Source of the DNA: Macrostomum lignano
Lineage: Eukaryota
DNA: 64,000 nucleotides
Direction: 5' to 3'
Assembly (NCBI GenBank): GCA_002269645.1
Contig: NIVC01000920.1
Span: forward strand, 124,001 to 188,000
The notes below the pieces were generated by a model. The model did not search any database and was not told the DNA's origin. It saw only the letters and a list, made by a program, of their open reading frames with translations. Below, piece by piece: positions 46,265-59,283 of the stretch (position 1 is its first letter; each line of letters opens with the position of its first letter). The translations under genes were made by a program, and so were the position numbers.

Positions 46265-46975
46265 AGATGTGAACCCGGCATCCAAATCAGATGCTTACTG
46301 TATGCTCATTAAGCGACGAAGAACAATGAAATTACACTAAAACATGTATCATCGCGGCGTGTATGCAGGAAAAAAAGAATTTTCCAAATCGCTTCAGTAG
46401 AAGCTGAGTAAAATGCAATTTTCCAATCCTTATGGGAATTCCAATGTGTTACCCGGCTTCCAAATCAGATGCTTACTGTATGCTTATTAAGCGACGAAGA
46501 ACAATGAAATTACACTAAGACATGTATCATCGCGGCGTGTATGCAGGAAAAAAAGAATTTTCCAAATCGCTTCAGTAGAAGCTGAGTAAAATGCAATTTT
46601 CCAATCCTTATGGGAATTCCAATGTGTTACCCGGCTTCCAAATCAGATGCTTACTGTATGCTTATTAAGCGACGAAGAACAATGAAATTACACTAAAACA
46701 TGTATCATCGCGGCGTGTATGCAGGAAAAAAAGAATTTTCCAAATCAATTCAGTAGAAGCTGAGTAAAATGCAATTTTCCAATCCTTATGGGAATTCCAA
46801 TGTGTTACCCGGCTTCCAAATCAGATGCTTACTGTATGCTTATTAAGCGACGAAGAACAATGAAATTACACTAAAACATGTATCATCGCGGCGTGTATGC
46901 AGGAAAAAAAGAATTTTCCAAATCGCTTTAGTAGAAGCTGAGTAAAATGCAATTTTCCGATCCTTACGGGAATTT
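46265..46975. repeat. 178-bp satellite, ~4 near-identical units
   Basis: CCCGGC recurs at 46274, 46452, 46630 and 46808. Confidence 0.96.
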
Positions 46976-48563
46976 GTATGTTTAAATAATAAACTTACGT
47001 TGAATACAATTTATTGCAAACGAACTCTACAAAATACACGTTGTCAAGAGTAACGAAAGTGATAAACAAATAAAACCTTAAAATAATGTTAAATATGTTG
47101 TAGAATTATAAAGTGTAACATTATAAGATAGTTAAAGTTAATAAAATACATTATTATAGCTTTTTAATCATTTTCATTAGACTCATTTTAGGTCGTAATT
47201 AAACTTACCGTTTTAACAAATCATTTTATTAAAAATAAAGCTATACGAAAATAATTTGTGCTTTAATAGACTTTTTTACTTTTTAAAAACATGAATAAAT
47301 TTATTTTATAGCTTTATTGCTTTCAAATTGCCAAAAAACGAATTTTCATAAAACTTGCCCCCGATTTTTGGATTTCCCCATAGATTGATTAGAGGTCAGA
47401 CAGGATTAAAATCTTTGGGCAAGATAGGGATCAGGAATAATTTTTTTCTTAGAATTGAGATTGGGATTTGGGAATCAGGATTAGGTCTTTTAGTGTATTG
47501 TAGTTTGTAGGTCCATATAAAGGTAAACAAAATTGAGCAAAAAATGTCAAGATCAAAAGTGAAATGCAACAAAAGTCAAAATTGATGCAAAGTTCTGTAA
47601 TGAACAAAGTAATAATGTAATAAATACAAGTTAAAAAAATACATTTAAGTAGGGGCCTAATCACTAATTCTATTAACTTTTGATCAAAAAACCTGTTCCT
47701 AGTTCTTGTATTTTTTAGGGTTGGGATCCTAGTCCCGTGAAAAATACAATTTTCCTCAGGATCCTAGGATTTTGGGATTGGGATCCCATCCAACCTCGAA
47801 GATTGATTACGACTCGGAACTTCTGTTCCCACCTACTATCTTGGCAATCTCTATATATGCCAAGCTGTATACCAAAAGGCACATATACATGCCCAATACC
47901 TGTCCGACCTGTCTGAACTGGACAGGTCAAATGGCTGCTGGCCAAGGTAAGTCACAAAATCAAAAATATGAAAAAGGAAAAATTGGAAGAAAGAAAGGAA
48001 AAGAAGAGAAAAGGAAAAGAAAAGAAGGAGAAGAGAAAAGGGAAAGAGGAGAGAGAAAAAGAAAGAGAAAAAGAAAAAAAGGCAAGAAAAGTCATTTACA
48101 AAGTGAAGATTAAGTTGCAATCAGGGGAACTAAGTTGCAATCAAGAGGAACTAAGTTGCAATTGGGAGAAACTAAGTTGCAATTGGGAGGAACTAAGTTG
48201 CAATTGGGAGGAACTAAGTTGCACCAGACAGGTGAAATTTGGAGATTGGGCATGTATGAGGGCACACTAGGCCAGGCCTCTCTGTACACCAAGTTGTATG
48301 CCAATGGTGTACTCTAGGTCTCTCTGTATGCTGGAATTTTTGTATGCTATCCTGAGTCTAGGAATAGCATATATGTTATTGGATTTAAAGTAGGCCTAGC
48401 TCAAGTGCTAGGCCTATTATTAATTTATTAATACTCTTTTAGAGCCAAAGAAAAAAAATGAATAAGGTTTTATCCATATGCATATTTAATTTAATTTGCT
48501 CTTTTTGCACAAAGCTCGATATTTACTTTTGGGATGAATTTTATCCTGGTCAGCTGGTCTATA

Positions 48564-49529
48564 GGATAGCCGGACTTCTTCAAGTTTATGTTGATAAAAT
48601 ACTTCCGATTTTTCGATTTTTCTAAAACTTGCATTGGAGACTTATGGGGCATCCAAAATTATAAAAATGCAAAAAAAAGTGTAGAAAATTACCTGTACAG
48701 TTGATGCAATCACGATTTACTCGATTCCCTATTCTCTTAATGATGTTCGGTGAGAAAAAGTTTCCACGAATACATTTTTGAAAGTGTATCCACTAGACTT
48801 TTAATCTAATAGCACATGTGCTAGAACTTTATTAGGCCAATTAAAGATGAGTAATAATATCTACAAATTAATATGCGATTGTCTTTTACGTTGGCTGATA
48901 ATAGTTTTTCAATTTAGTTATAATGCATAGACAGTGTGATGTCACTGTTCGCTTTTTTTAAAAACTGTCACGACCGGCTCAAGATCTTTGCACTATGGTC
49001 TTTTCACTGCACCCAGCCAAAGCAATGTTCGCAACTTTAAAGCATTTCGCTCCTCAAAACCAAATACTGTACAAGGCTAGATTACTAATTCTATTGTATT
49101 AAGGAAGTAACAGCACCTGATTTTGGTAAGCAAATTCATTTAGATAAAGTTATAGAATTCAACCAACTTCTGACATAATTATGTTGACTCTTTGGTGGAT
49201 TCTCTCTTTTCTCGTGTCGTGGAGTTACAACCTCTCCCCCCTATTAGAATTGGAATTTGTCAGCACAATCTTGAATAGGTCTCCATGCCTCTATTCAAGT
49301 TTATGTTGATAAAATCAATCCCCATGAAGAATCTCCCCACCCTAAAACCCCCTATTCCCCATGCCCCGGTGGTTGGTTTTAAGCTACATATAATTGGGTT
49401 AAAGCTACCTAAAAATGGAGCTCAAATTTGAAATCAGCACCATCAAAAACCCCTATAGAGACAAAATTATGATCCTATCAAAATTGAAACTATTTTATCA
49501 ACATAAACTTGAAGAAGTCCGGATAGCCC
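48564..49529. mobile_element. Non-autonomous TIR DNA element (~960 bp), superfamily undetermined
   Basis: 31-bp perfect inverted repeat CCGGACTTCTTCAAGTTTATGTTGATAAAAT (48570-48600 / 49492-49522), with an internal partial copy at ~49295. Confidence 0.75.
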
Positions 49530-50976
49530 TATTCTACTCTATACACTATATATTTGGCATCAAAGTAGGCCTAACATGTAACTCAAATAGATGACCCCAA
49601 AATGACTGTTACCAAAGTAGTGCCGGCATTCTTTTGTTATAGAAGACCCAAAAATGCGTGACTTTCGTAATGGAAGACCTATGGAAAAGGGGAAGAAATC
49701 AATCAAAAAATGAGCATTCACTAACAAAATGAAAGCGTAGCAAAAGTTAATTCCACACAAAGTTGTTATATTGTAATTGCAAGCGTTTATTCTACCAATC
49801 TCATACCCAGCCTGTCAAACTATAATACACTAGTGCCATGAGGTCATTGTGTATATACACTTTTGTTTTAGAAGACCGCAAAATAGGAATATTGCTTGTG
49901 GGTCTCGTGAAATGAAAGTAAGAAAGAAGCAGCGAGCTATCATACGCCAGTATTACTCGAGAGACACATTATCCCAGTTAATATCGAAGAGGCGTTGATT
50001 GCACATCATAGGTCATGGGTGCAATATTCAGTGGGTAGACCATGCAAAGTTACGGATGAAAGATACTTGTACAAGTACAAAAGATTCAGAAATGCATGAA
50101 AGCAGTGTGCGCAAGCACCCCCCTCACCTTCGAAAAAAAGACCCAACTCATTTCACCTAAGTATTTACAACACAGAGGTCTTGCATTACGAAAGTAAGAG
50201 ACCTTTATGTTAAACTTACTTCAGCGGAATTTCCAACAGGTAACCGACAATGAACATTGTGATGTCCATTGGGTGCAGCTTCGACCCCTCTATTGAATTT
50301 CTAGACCACAATAGATTGCTTTTCTTCCATATCCCCTACTTTCGTTTCGGAAGACCTTTAATGGATGCTTAACATTGTCGGTCTTTTAAAACAAAACTGT
50401 ATATATCAGACATTCATAGAAAATGTACCCAAGGCCAACACAGGAAAACAAATCATCTAAACCCTACGTTTCTGCAGCTTTTGTTGCTGCCACCCCTACT
50501 ACCTTCGTTTTGGAAGACCTTCAATGAAATAGTAGCTTGACGGTCTTCTAAAACGAAACTGTAATATAAACTGTAATAAAGGACACACAAAGCCATTAAG
50601 AATAAACAAACAAAACAATAGACAACAATATGTGAGCAGCTTCCTATGTTTTAGGCGGGTCTTCTTTTTCGAAACTGCCAGCTTCCTATTTGATACATAG
50701 AGGGTCTTCTAAAACGAAAGAATGCCGTAGTGCCTAGGACAAAAAATTGTAAATAACAAATAGGCCCTACATACATTCTAGGCCCTATAAACAGTTCAGA
50801 ATAACAAAGTCTAGTTAGGGCCTAGGCGTATTTGATATTGTTAATGTTAGCAATTAAAGCACCAGTATTATGCCATTAGGTTTGCAGCAGCAAGTAACAC
50901 ACCTTTACTTGATTGGTTGACAGTAGACAGCAGACAGGTAGGTTATTAGATAATTAGATAAATTAGTAGTAGTTTC

Positions 50977-53900
50977 GGTTACAGTCCATTTCGGCGAAAA
51001 ACCATTTCGGAGAATCGGCGAATGCAATGACCACTTCGGCGAACGATATGGCTAATATAGTTTATTTAACTTTATATAATTGGATTTTAAAAGTATTGAA
51101 TAACTACAACTCAAAATTAGGTGCTCAAAATTACTACAACTTTTATCGCCTTTGTTGTACTTTCTTAACACAGAATATAGTCAGTCCGCTCTTAATTAAT
51201 GTTCTATAATTTATGTTCTAATTCATATTGAATTTCAATTATATTCCATAATCTCAGATTTAATCCGTACGTAAGATTATTCGGAAATGCATGTAGTAAC
51301 AATTAAATGTACATATGTACTTAAAACGGGTTGCTTTCCCAACCGCTAAATCACCTACTTTCATAAACGTGAAACTTCATATCCGCGAAACTTCACAACC
51401 GCTAATTTTTTGCAGTCACTTTCATAAACGCGAAACTTCACAAACGCGAAACTTCACAACCGCTAAATCACCCACTTTCATAAGCGCGAAACTTCACAAA
51501 CGCGAAACTTCACAACCACTAAATGTCATTTACTTTCATAACCGCGAAACTTCACAACCGCTAAAAATTTTGCACATACTTTCATATACTGCAGTCTTTT
51601 TAGCGGTTGTGAAGTTTCGCGGTTATGAAGTTTCGCGGTTGTGAAGTTTCGTGTTTGTGAAAGTGACAGCAAAAAATTTAGCGGTTGTGAATTGTTTCGC
51701 GTTTATGAAATTTAGCGCTTATGAAAGTAGGTGATTTAGCGGTTGTGAACTTTCGCGGTTGTGAAGTTTCGCGTTTATGAAAGTGACTGCAAAAAAAAAA
51801 TTAGCGGTTGTGAAGTTTCGCGTTTGTGAAGTTTCGCGTTTATGAAAGCAAGTGCTTTTAGCGGTTATGAAATTTCGCGTTTGTGAAACCCACCCCTTAA
51901 AACGTCCACTTTTAAGTTCGAGTTCGACTTGTTTCGACTTTGACAGAGTTCGGATTTGTCAAAGTCGAACTCAAATCAGGAAAAAAATTGTGCCTTTAGT
52001 ACATATGCACTTTATTGGTTCCGAAATTACATGTACATGCATGTTATTACATGTAAATGTACATATAGAGCAGCAGGTATACAGCATACGAATTTTTGAG
52101 CTTACGTTTTATACACACGAGCTCGTAAAGCATGAGAATAGCATGAATTGTCAATTGCTGGGTAGCGCACGTATTCGTTATTACTGAAATGATCACGGCA
52201 CATTCAGTTTGCTACAGCCTATAGGCGTGCAGCAGCTGCGTAGCGGTACGCAGACCAGTTTCGTACTCTGCCCAGCGTGACGCAAACTTCATCTGGCGCT
52301 TGAGATAAGCTGCTCGTTCAACTCGTCGAGCAGCGCCTTGTGCTAACAATCGGCTCTCCACGAAGACCAGACGGGCCTCTTCATGAAGCAACCGGACCAG
52401 AAGGTAAAAGCTGGCAGCTGGCCTTGTTGAGCACGAGCGTTCAGTCTTAGCTGTGCCACCCTTCGACGTCGTTGTTAGTGCGCACACTTTCACCAAACAC
52501 AGAGAGGCTTTCGAGTGGGAATATGTCGCTGACTCGCTGGTGATCCACGTGTTCTGACAAAATGAAGTCAAATGAGTCAAATGCTATGTGTAAGAGAATT
52601 TACAGTGTAACTGACGACTTTAAAAAACATTTTTGGTTTTGAGTGTACAGTAGGGTGTACATACAAATTTTGAAAGGGCAACTATCTTTAGCAATTAATT
52701 GGATTTTACATTCATATATACAGTACTGTTTCAGGTACATTATAAATTCTGTAATAGATAGATTAATTACCTGAACATACATGTAGTTGCAAAGTGCCGT
52801 AAGCTGTGGCGAAGAAGCAGGTTGACCTGCGGCGGCCAGTGTTGCGCGCAAGCCGTAGAATTGCTGCTGCCATCTCGTGATGAGGCATAAATGGAAGCGC
52901 CATAAGTTTCCGACAGAAACTCTGGGTGTCGTCATCCGCCTTGCTTAGGCTTTGTACATATGACGCCAAACCGCCTGGGTGAAGTGAAAAACGCACTCCC
53001 CTGATGCGGCCGCCTGGATAAGTTTTACGCAAGGCTCGCCACAAGCTTCGGCCTCGTAATCAAGAATAAGTTTCTTAGGCCTGTCAGAAGGGAGAGTAGG
53101 TTTTTTAATCATAAAATTTTTTCTCATAACTAAAATTTGAGTTTTTGTTGGGTCGGTAGAATTGTACGCCTCGTACATGTATATAATAATGCTCTGTACA
53201 TACTTGCCCATGCACAGCATTACAGGTGGCAAAAATAGTACTTACGAAGCACATGAGATGAGCTCTTCAATAGCCTTCAGAACCTTGCGGTAATCCTTCC
53301 GTCGCTTGCCTGACATCAGCACAAACAGCAGAGGCACTTGCTTCCGATTTTCCTCATGGCCCATGATAAAAGCCTGGATGGTGTACAGCTGAACGAAGGG
53401 TTTTTTACCACGTGGAAAGTCTCATCCATGAACCAGTCTTGCGCTTGCGCAAGCATTGTTAGGCCTTCGTTCGTTGCAAAGATGATGCGGCGCCGAGCTC
53501 CCGAGTGAACATCTCTCTGCAGAAAACCTGCCGGCAGAGCGTTCTCCTGCAGTTCAAACTGAAGATCGTTTGGTTCCTCAGAGCGCTCGTTCTTACGCTG
53601 TCTATTTGCCGTACGTGCCAGAAGGTTGGGGTTCGGCATCGATGGCCCAGTCTGTGAAAGTTTAAAAGTTTGTTTTTTGTATACATTTATCTATACCTTT
53701 TAAAATAAAAACACTATATGGGCTTGGTTCGCTATGGACTCGATCCCAAGCCGCTGAACCAATGGAGAGAGGAGAAGGAAGAGAGGCGATCGAGAAGAGA
53801 GAGGAGAGAGGAGGGTGCAGAGATAAGAGAAAAGAGTAGAGAGGAGAGTGGATGGAGAATAAAGGAGAGAGGAGAGACGAGAGAGGAGAGTTGAGAGGAA

Positions 53901-54832
53901 AGAGAAGAGGGGATAGAGCGGATAGGAGAGATGCATGTAAGAGAGTAGAAAGAAGAGATTCTTCAAAGGCTACTAGTTCCCGGGATTGGAAATTCAGCGG
54001 GTTTGAAATCCGTGGGTTTTAACATCTTGTAGTATAATATATAGTGCACAATAATATACCCGAAACTCCTGCAGCACATCAAGCGTCTCTTCCTTTGCAA
54101 TCTGGACTGCAGATAGAAATGGATTCCACAATGCGCCGCTTCAGCCGCGCTCGCTCCACAGGCCTGTGGAGAGGCAAATGACACTGCAGAACGAAACGTT
54201 TGCTGAAGGCTTCTCCGCGCTGCACAACTGTTGCACTGCAAGTTTGGTGTCCATTGCGAAGTGCACTCCGCCAATATTTTTTTGCCTTTGACAAACTTGA
54301 ACTGGCCATCAACGACAAGAATGTCGCGATTCTTGGTCGAGCCGCTAGACACAATTTGAAACTCTGGAGCATGAGCGGGCCAAATTCCTTCTATAAGCTT
54401 GTGAGTCTAAGCCAAAGCAGCACAGTTAATTTTGCAAATTTTTATGCGCTATAGCACCCCCCACAGAGTCAACGCACGCTGCCGAGCAGGCGCGTAAAGG
54501 CTTCATTTGAATTGATAGTCTTGCAATATACTCCGTGCGTCTATCAGCACCTTCCCCAAAATGTGGCGATTAAGGCCTATGTCACACAAAATCACTTCGC
54601 AATTAGTTAAGGCGCTTTGGCACATATAGGTTTTATTAAGATTATTGCAGCTAGATCGATTAACTCAAATACAGGAAGCGGATATTAATTTCTCCGCCGG
54701 AGATAAACTCGTGCTAGCATTCCGTTGTCTTGTTTCGTTAAATAAATGTTTCGTTAAGTTCCACAGGCTTCGCCGAAGTGCATGGTCAAATTCATTCGCC
54801 GAAGTGGTCTTTCGCCGAAATGGTCAGCACCC
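50977..54832 (-). mobile_element. Phantom-like Mutator element (FLYWCH-like + MULE transposase, decayed) with sub-terminal repeats
   Basis: Ends GGTTACAGTCCATTTCGGCGAA / TTCGCCGAAATGGTCAGCACCC, flanked by a 9-bp TSD AGTAGTTTC/AGTCGTTTC. Transposase remnants at 52212-54352: WFMDETF, VPLLFVLMSGK, LDYE, CVFHFTQAVWR, RTNNDVEGWH, with stops and frameshifts. Confidence 0.88.
51329..51895. mobile_element. Foldback element nested in the MULE
   Basis: Inverted arrays of CGCGAAACTTCACAA; flanking duplication CTTAAAACG at 51320-51328 and 51896-51904. Confidence 0.85.
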
Positions 54833-55377
54833 AGTCGTTTCAGCGCCTGAATGGTCCTGAATGAAACATGCCCTGTGACTGTGACGTTGTCTTTGCCTCG
54901 ATCTCTTGTCAGTCGAGACACGCTTGACTGGCTGACAACTCATTTTGCGGCAAAATTAGTAACAGTTACTTCGGTAGTTATAGCTCGTAGTCATTTACTT
55001 ATTTACTTATACTAGTTACTTATTTACTAGTAGTTATAGTCATTTGGTGTAGTTCAGAGCTTTAACAATAGACGAATAGTGGGGAAGTGTATTTAGCTGT
55101 GCAGAACAGCTGGACCGTGGCTGGTCACCGTCCGTCCGTCCGGCATTCGGACAATATCTAGCAGCGCTACGCATTAAAACATTTAAAGTCATTTTAGCAT
55201 AGTATTCCCGGGAAAACTATTTGATTCTAAATTACAAGAATAAGTATTTATTTAAAAATACATTGTAGTGTTTCGTAAATAAGCGATTATAAATGCTTAA
55301 CAGCATTTGAATTTATCGGATGGTCCGACGGCTTCGGAAAGCTATCCATCACGTGTCACCGAATCATGGAATGCACG

Positions 55378-56724
55378 GGTCTACGACGTTTGCCTGCCGG
55401 ACGTTTGCCAGCCGACGTTTGCCTGCGAGGCTTTTGCCAGACGACGTTTGCCAGCCGACGTTTGCCTGCGAGACGTTTGCCAGCCGACGTTTGCCTGCGA
55501 GACGTTTGCCAACCGACGTTTGCCAGCCGACGTTTGCCTGCCGGACATTTGCAGGCGGCAATTGGTTAAAGAAGTATGCCCTCTCTAGGCTTACATGTAC
55601 TTGCATTTGAAAACTGTGGACACAGCACTAATCTAATTCCACCTCGCTCCCTACTACTGCTATTAAATATACAGGTTACTAACACTACTGTTCAGGCTTA
55701 TTGAAGTTATTGCTCTTGTCTGCCTAAATAGGAAGGTAAAAATACAAAATAGGAGTTTCCATCGTCACAGTTGGTGTCTATGTATTTCATGGAATGGCCC
55801 TTTCCATCTCAGTGGCCAAACAAGCTGAGTGTTTACAAGCTAGATGGGAAAAGACTCAGACATTCATAATGGTATTGGCCTAGTCTCGCCTATATATACT
55901 TAACTCAAAAGCCAAACTCTGCTTAACGGAGTTTGGCCATGACAGCGTGCACTTGACAAGCTGCATTGGAATTAATTCGCTTTTGGATCTCCCAATGAAC
56001 TGGGAAATATATAAGCCAGAATTATCGTTCAGCAGTTCTTTTATTTGCTCAAAACTTGACTCGCTGGAGATTCCCGATTAAATTTGCGTGTCTTCATTCG
56101 CAAATCAAAAATGAAACATCTCAAACTGGGAAAAGTGATACAAACTGTCAGAAGTAAACTTTATAATATTTTCACATTCAAAGAATTTGTTGTTAAACTA
56201 GATGCTAGATTGATGAACGGCATAATTTGTATAGATTTTGTTTTCGAACTTTTATACATGCGAACAACCGTCAAAAAGTTGGACTAAAAAAGGTTTTTTC
56301 AACCCGCTAAACTGCGAATATTTCAGTATCAAATTTTTCACTCACACTGACTTAATGTTGGCTGGCAAACGTCGGCTAGCAAACGTCCCGCAGGCAAACG
56401 TCGGCTGGCAAACGTCGGCTGGCAAACGTCGGCTGGCAAACGTCGGCTGGCAAACGTCGGCTGGCAAACGTCGGCTTGGCAAACGTCGGCTGGCAAACGT
56501 CGGCTTGGCAAACGTCCCGCAGGCAAATGTCGGCTGGCAAACGTCGGCTGGCAAACGTCGGCTGGCAAACGTCGGCTGGCAAACGTCGGCTGGCAAACGT
56601 CGGCTGGCAAACGTCGGCTGGCAAACGTCGGCTTGGCAAACGTCGGCTGGCAAACGTCGGCTGGCAAACGTCCCGCAGGCAAATGTCGGCTGGCAAACGT
56701 CCCGCAGGCAAACGTCGCTATCCC
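55378..56724. mobile_element. Foldback element with inverted GACGTTTGCCAGCC arrays and a ~790-bp unique spacer
   Basis: Arms ~55380-55570 and 56360-56720; flanking duplication GAATGCACG at 55369-55377 and 56725-56733. Confidence 0.87.
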
Positions 56725-57277
56725 GAATGCACGACGGACGTGGGTGCAGTTAGAATCGAGGTAAGGTACATCTTATTATGAATGAAGTTAGTCATAAGAT
56801 CGTCGCCATCGGATGTGAAACAGCGATCATCTCAAGCCTACATTATCATCGATGATATACCTTGTGTACAGACCCAAAGCGACACTAAATCTCTTCAAGC
56901 AACATTTCCTTCTAGTTATTTTTTCGTCTTCTTTTGCATTAGAGTGAATGACCATTTTGCATTGATAAATTATAGAGTAGAAAATATAGTAGGTGAAAGC
57001 ATACAAACCTTAGAGATTTAGTATATTTAGATGGTCCGGCACTGGCCGCATCTTCAATGTACATGTAGTTCGCGTTACATTGATTGGATTGACTTCTTAC
57101 CTAGCCTTACGTAACCTGATATTTTAAGCTAGCCTCATTGGCTAAGATTGCGGCTTCACCCCACCCACCCCAGCAAGCCTACCCAACCAACCAGCCAGAA
57201 CTGCACTAACTTCTTGATGGGAGAGCTGAATGCGCCTGTGTCTTATCATTCTAACTTCAAGCTGCAGCATTCAGATT

Positions 57278-57790
57278 GATGCGTCTAGAATGCGCGCTTG
57301 TGCCAGACTCATGCATTCAAGATGCGCGCTTGTGCCAGACTCATGCATTCAAGATGCGCGCTTGTGCCAGACTCATGCATTCAAGATGCGCGCTTGTGCC
57401 AGACTCATGCATTCAAGATGCGCGCTTGTGCCAGACTCATGCATTCAAGATGCGCGCTTGTGCCAGACTCATGCATTCAAGATGCGCGCTTGTGCCAGAC
57501 TCATGCATTCAAGATGCGCGCTTGTGCCAGACTCATGCATTCAAGATGCGCGCTTGTGCCAGACTCATGCATTCAAGATGCGCGCTTGTGCCAGACTCAT
57601 GCATTCAAGATGCGCGCTTGTGCCAGACTCATGTATTCAAGATGCGCGCTTGTGCCAGACTCATGTATTCAAGATGCGCGCTTGTGCCAGACTCATGCAT
57701 TCAAGATGCGCGCTTGTGCCAGACTCATGCATTCAAGATGCGCGCTTGTGCCAGACTCATGCATTCAAGATGCGCGCTTGTGCCAGTGCG
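57278..57790. repeat. 32-bp minisatellite (AAGATGCGCGCTTGTGCCAGACTCATGCATTC)n, ~16 copies
   Basis: Period of 32 read directly. Confidence 0.97.
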
Positions 57791-59283
57791 CGCTTGTGTC
57801 ACTGAGAGCAGTTAAAAAATGCGCGCTTTTGTCATGCGCGCTTAATCATACGTCTCAAGATTAAGGCTATAGTGCCAATAACTATGGTACTTAGTGATCC
57901 TTGTATGAACACAGCTAGAGCAGTAAACTCACGTAATTGGCAACAGATCGAGGCTGAATCCCGTGGGCAATGCAGTACGCCTGGGTAGGTTTGACAAGGT
58001 CTTATTTCTCTCTATTCAATGTTTCAGTGTGTGGTATCGCATTTGACTAGATTGAGACTTTGCAGTAAGAGACCGTATTTCCGGCTAGCGGAGAGCAAAT
58101 CAAAACGCAACAAAAACAGTAATAGCTATTGAAACTTTTGTAAAAGATTTTTTGCTCAAAATTGAGTATTCGTTATACAACTTATTTCTTTGTCCGAGTT
58201 AAATTGTTTCCTGTTCCACTCGAGCCTGGAATTGTGATGATTTTGAAATTTCATACGGATGGTAATAACTTGGTGGTCTCCAGGACGCTGGCATGGGTGA
58301 TGATCCTAACTCTGCCACTGTCAGCATTGGACTCATACTTTATATCTGCTTCCTTGCAGAATCTGATTGGTTTCCCATCTATTGACTACACGTAAATTTT
58401 GTTTTAATGAAATTCAAGTCTCAGAGCAAAGATAATAAGAATTCAGTTTTTATCGCTACTTTAAAATTTTCCGTAGCCAAGGCTATTTACAAGAGCATGT
58501 GCGCACCATAAATCAACTGCCGGGTATTTTGGCTGATAAGCATCATATTTTCCCCGTATGCAACGCCGCTCACATTCATCAATGCTACAAACTCATGAGG
58601 CTGGGTTGAGTCAATGGGTGAAGCCACACCACTACTGCTGCAGCCCCCATTCCATTCCTCTATCTATCTCCCTCTCCTTCCACACCATAGCCTCACGATA
58701 AGTGGTCTCACTGGCTGGGAGATTAGGTATGAGGCATGCCTGCGGGGGCTGAGCTACAGAGGCAGGTGGGAGGCTACAGGCTGCAGCTCAACTGCCAATC
58801 CCAAATTTGCGACGAGCAAAAAATCCCCCCCCCAGCATTCTCCGTAGAGGAGAGCCCTCATCCTTCGCCCAGCCCAGCATACTGCCGAGGTATCGACGGC
58901 TCAGCGTCGCGAAAGCAGAACACAGGGATATATAGATCCCCATCGGCTTCTACAAGAGAGAGAGAGAGAGTGCGAGAGACGCGGAGGCCCAATACGAACG
59001 CTCGATCGCTCACAGGCAGAAAATTTCTCCCACACCCCTGGGAGGAACTGCATGCAATTTTCTCCTGAAGGGGAGGCGTCGACAGAGGAACAAAAGAAAT
59101 TGCCAATAATAGCAAGCCTTCGTGCGTGCAGCTTAAAGCCAGCTGTTGGTTGTGCGATTTTAAACGCGGCAAAGCAGACTGTTGCTTCAACTGGTTGCTT
59201 TAAAAGTCTACAAATTTTGAGTTGGAGAGAGCAAGGAACCTACTTGCATAATATTCTGACCCCAGCGTCTGACACTTCTTCCA

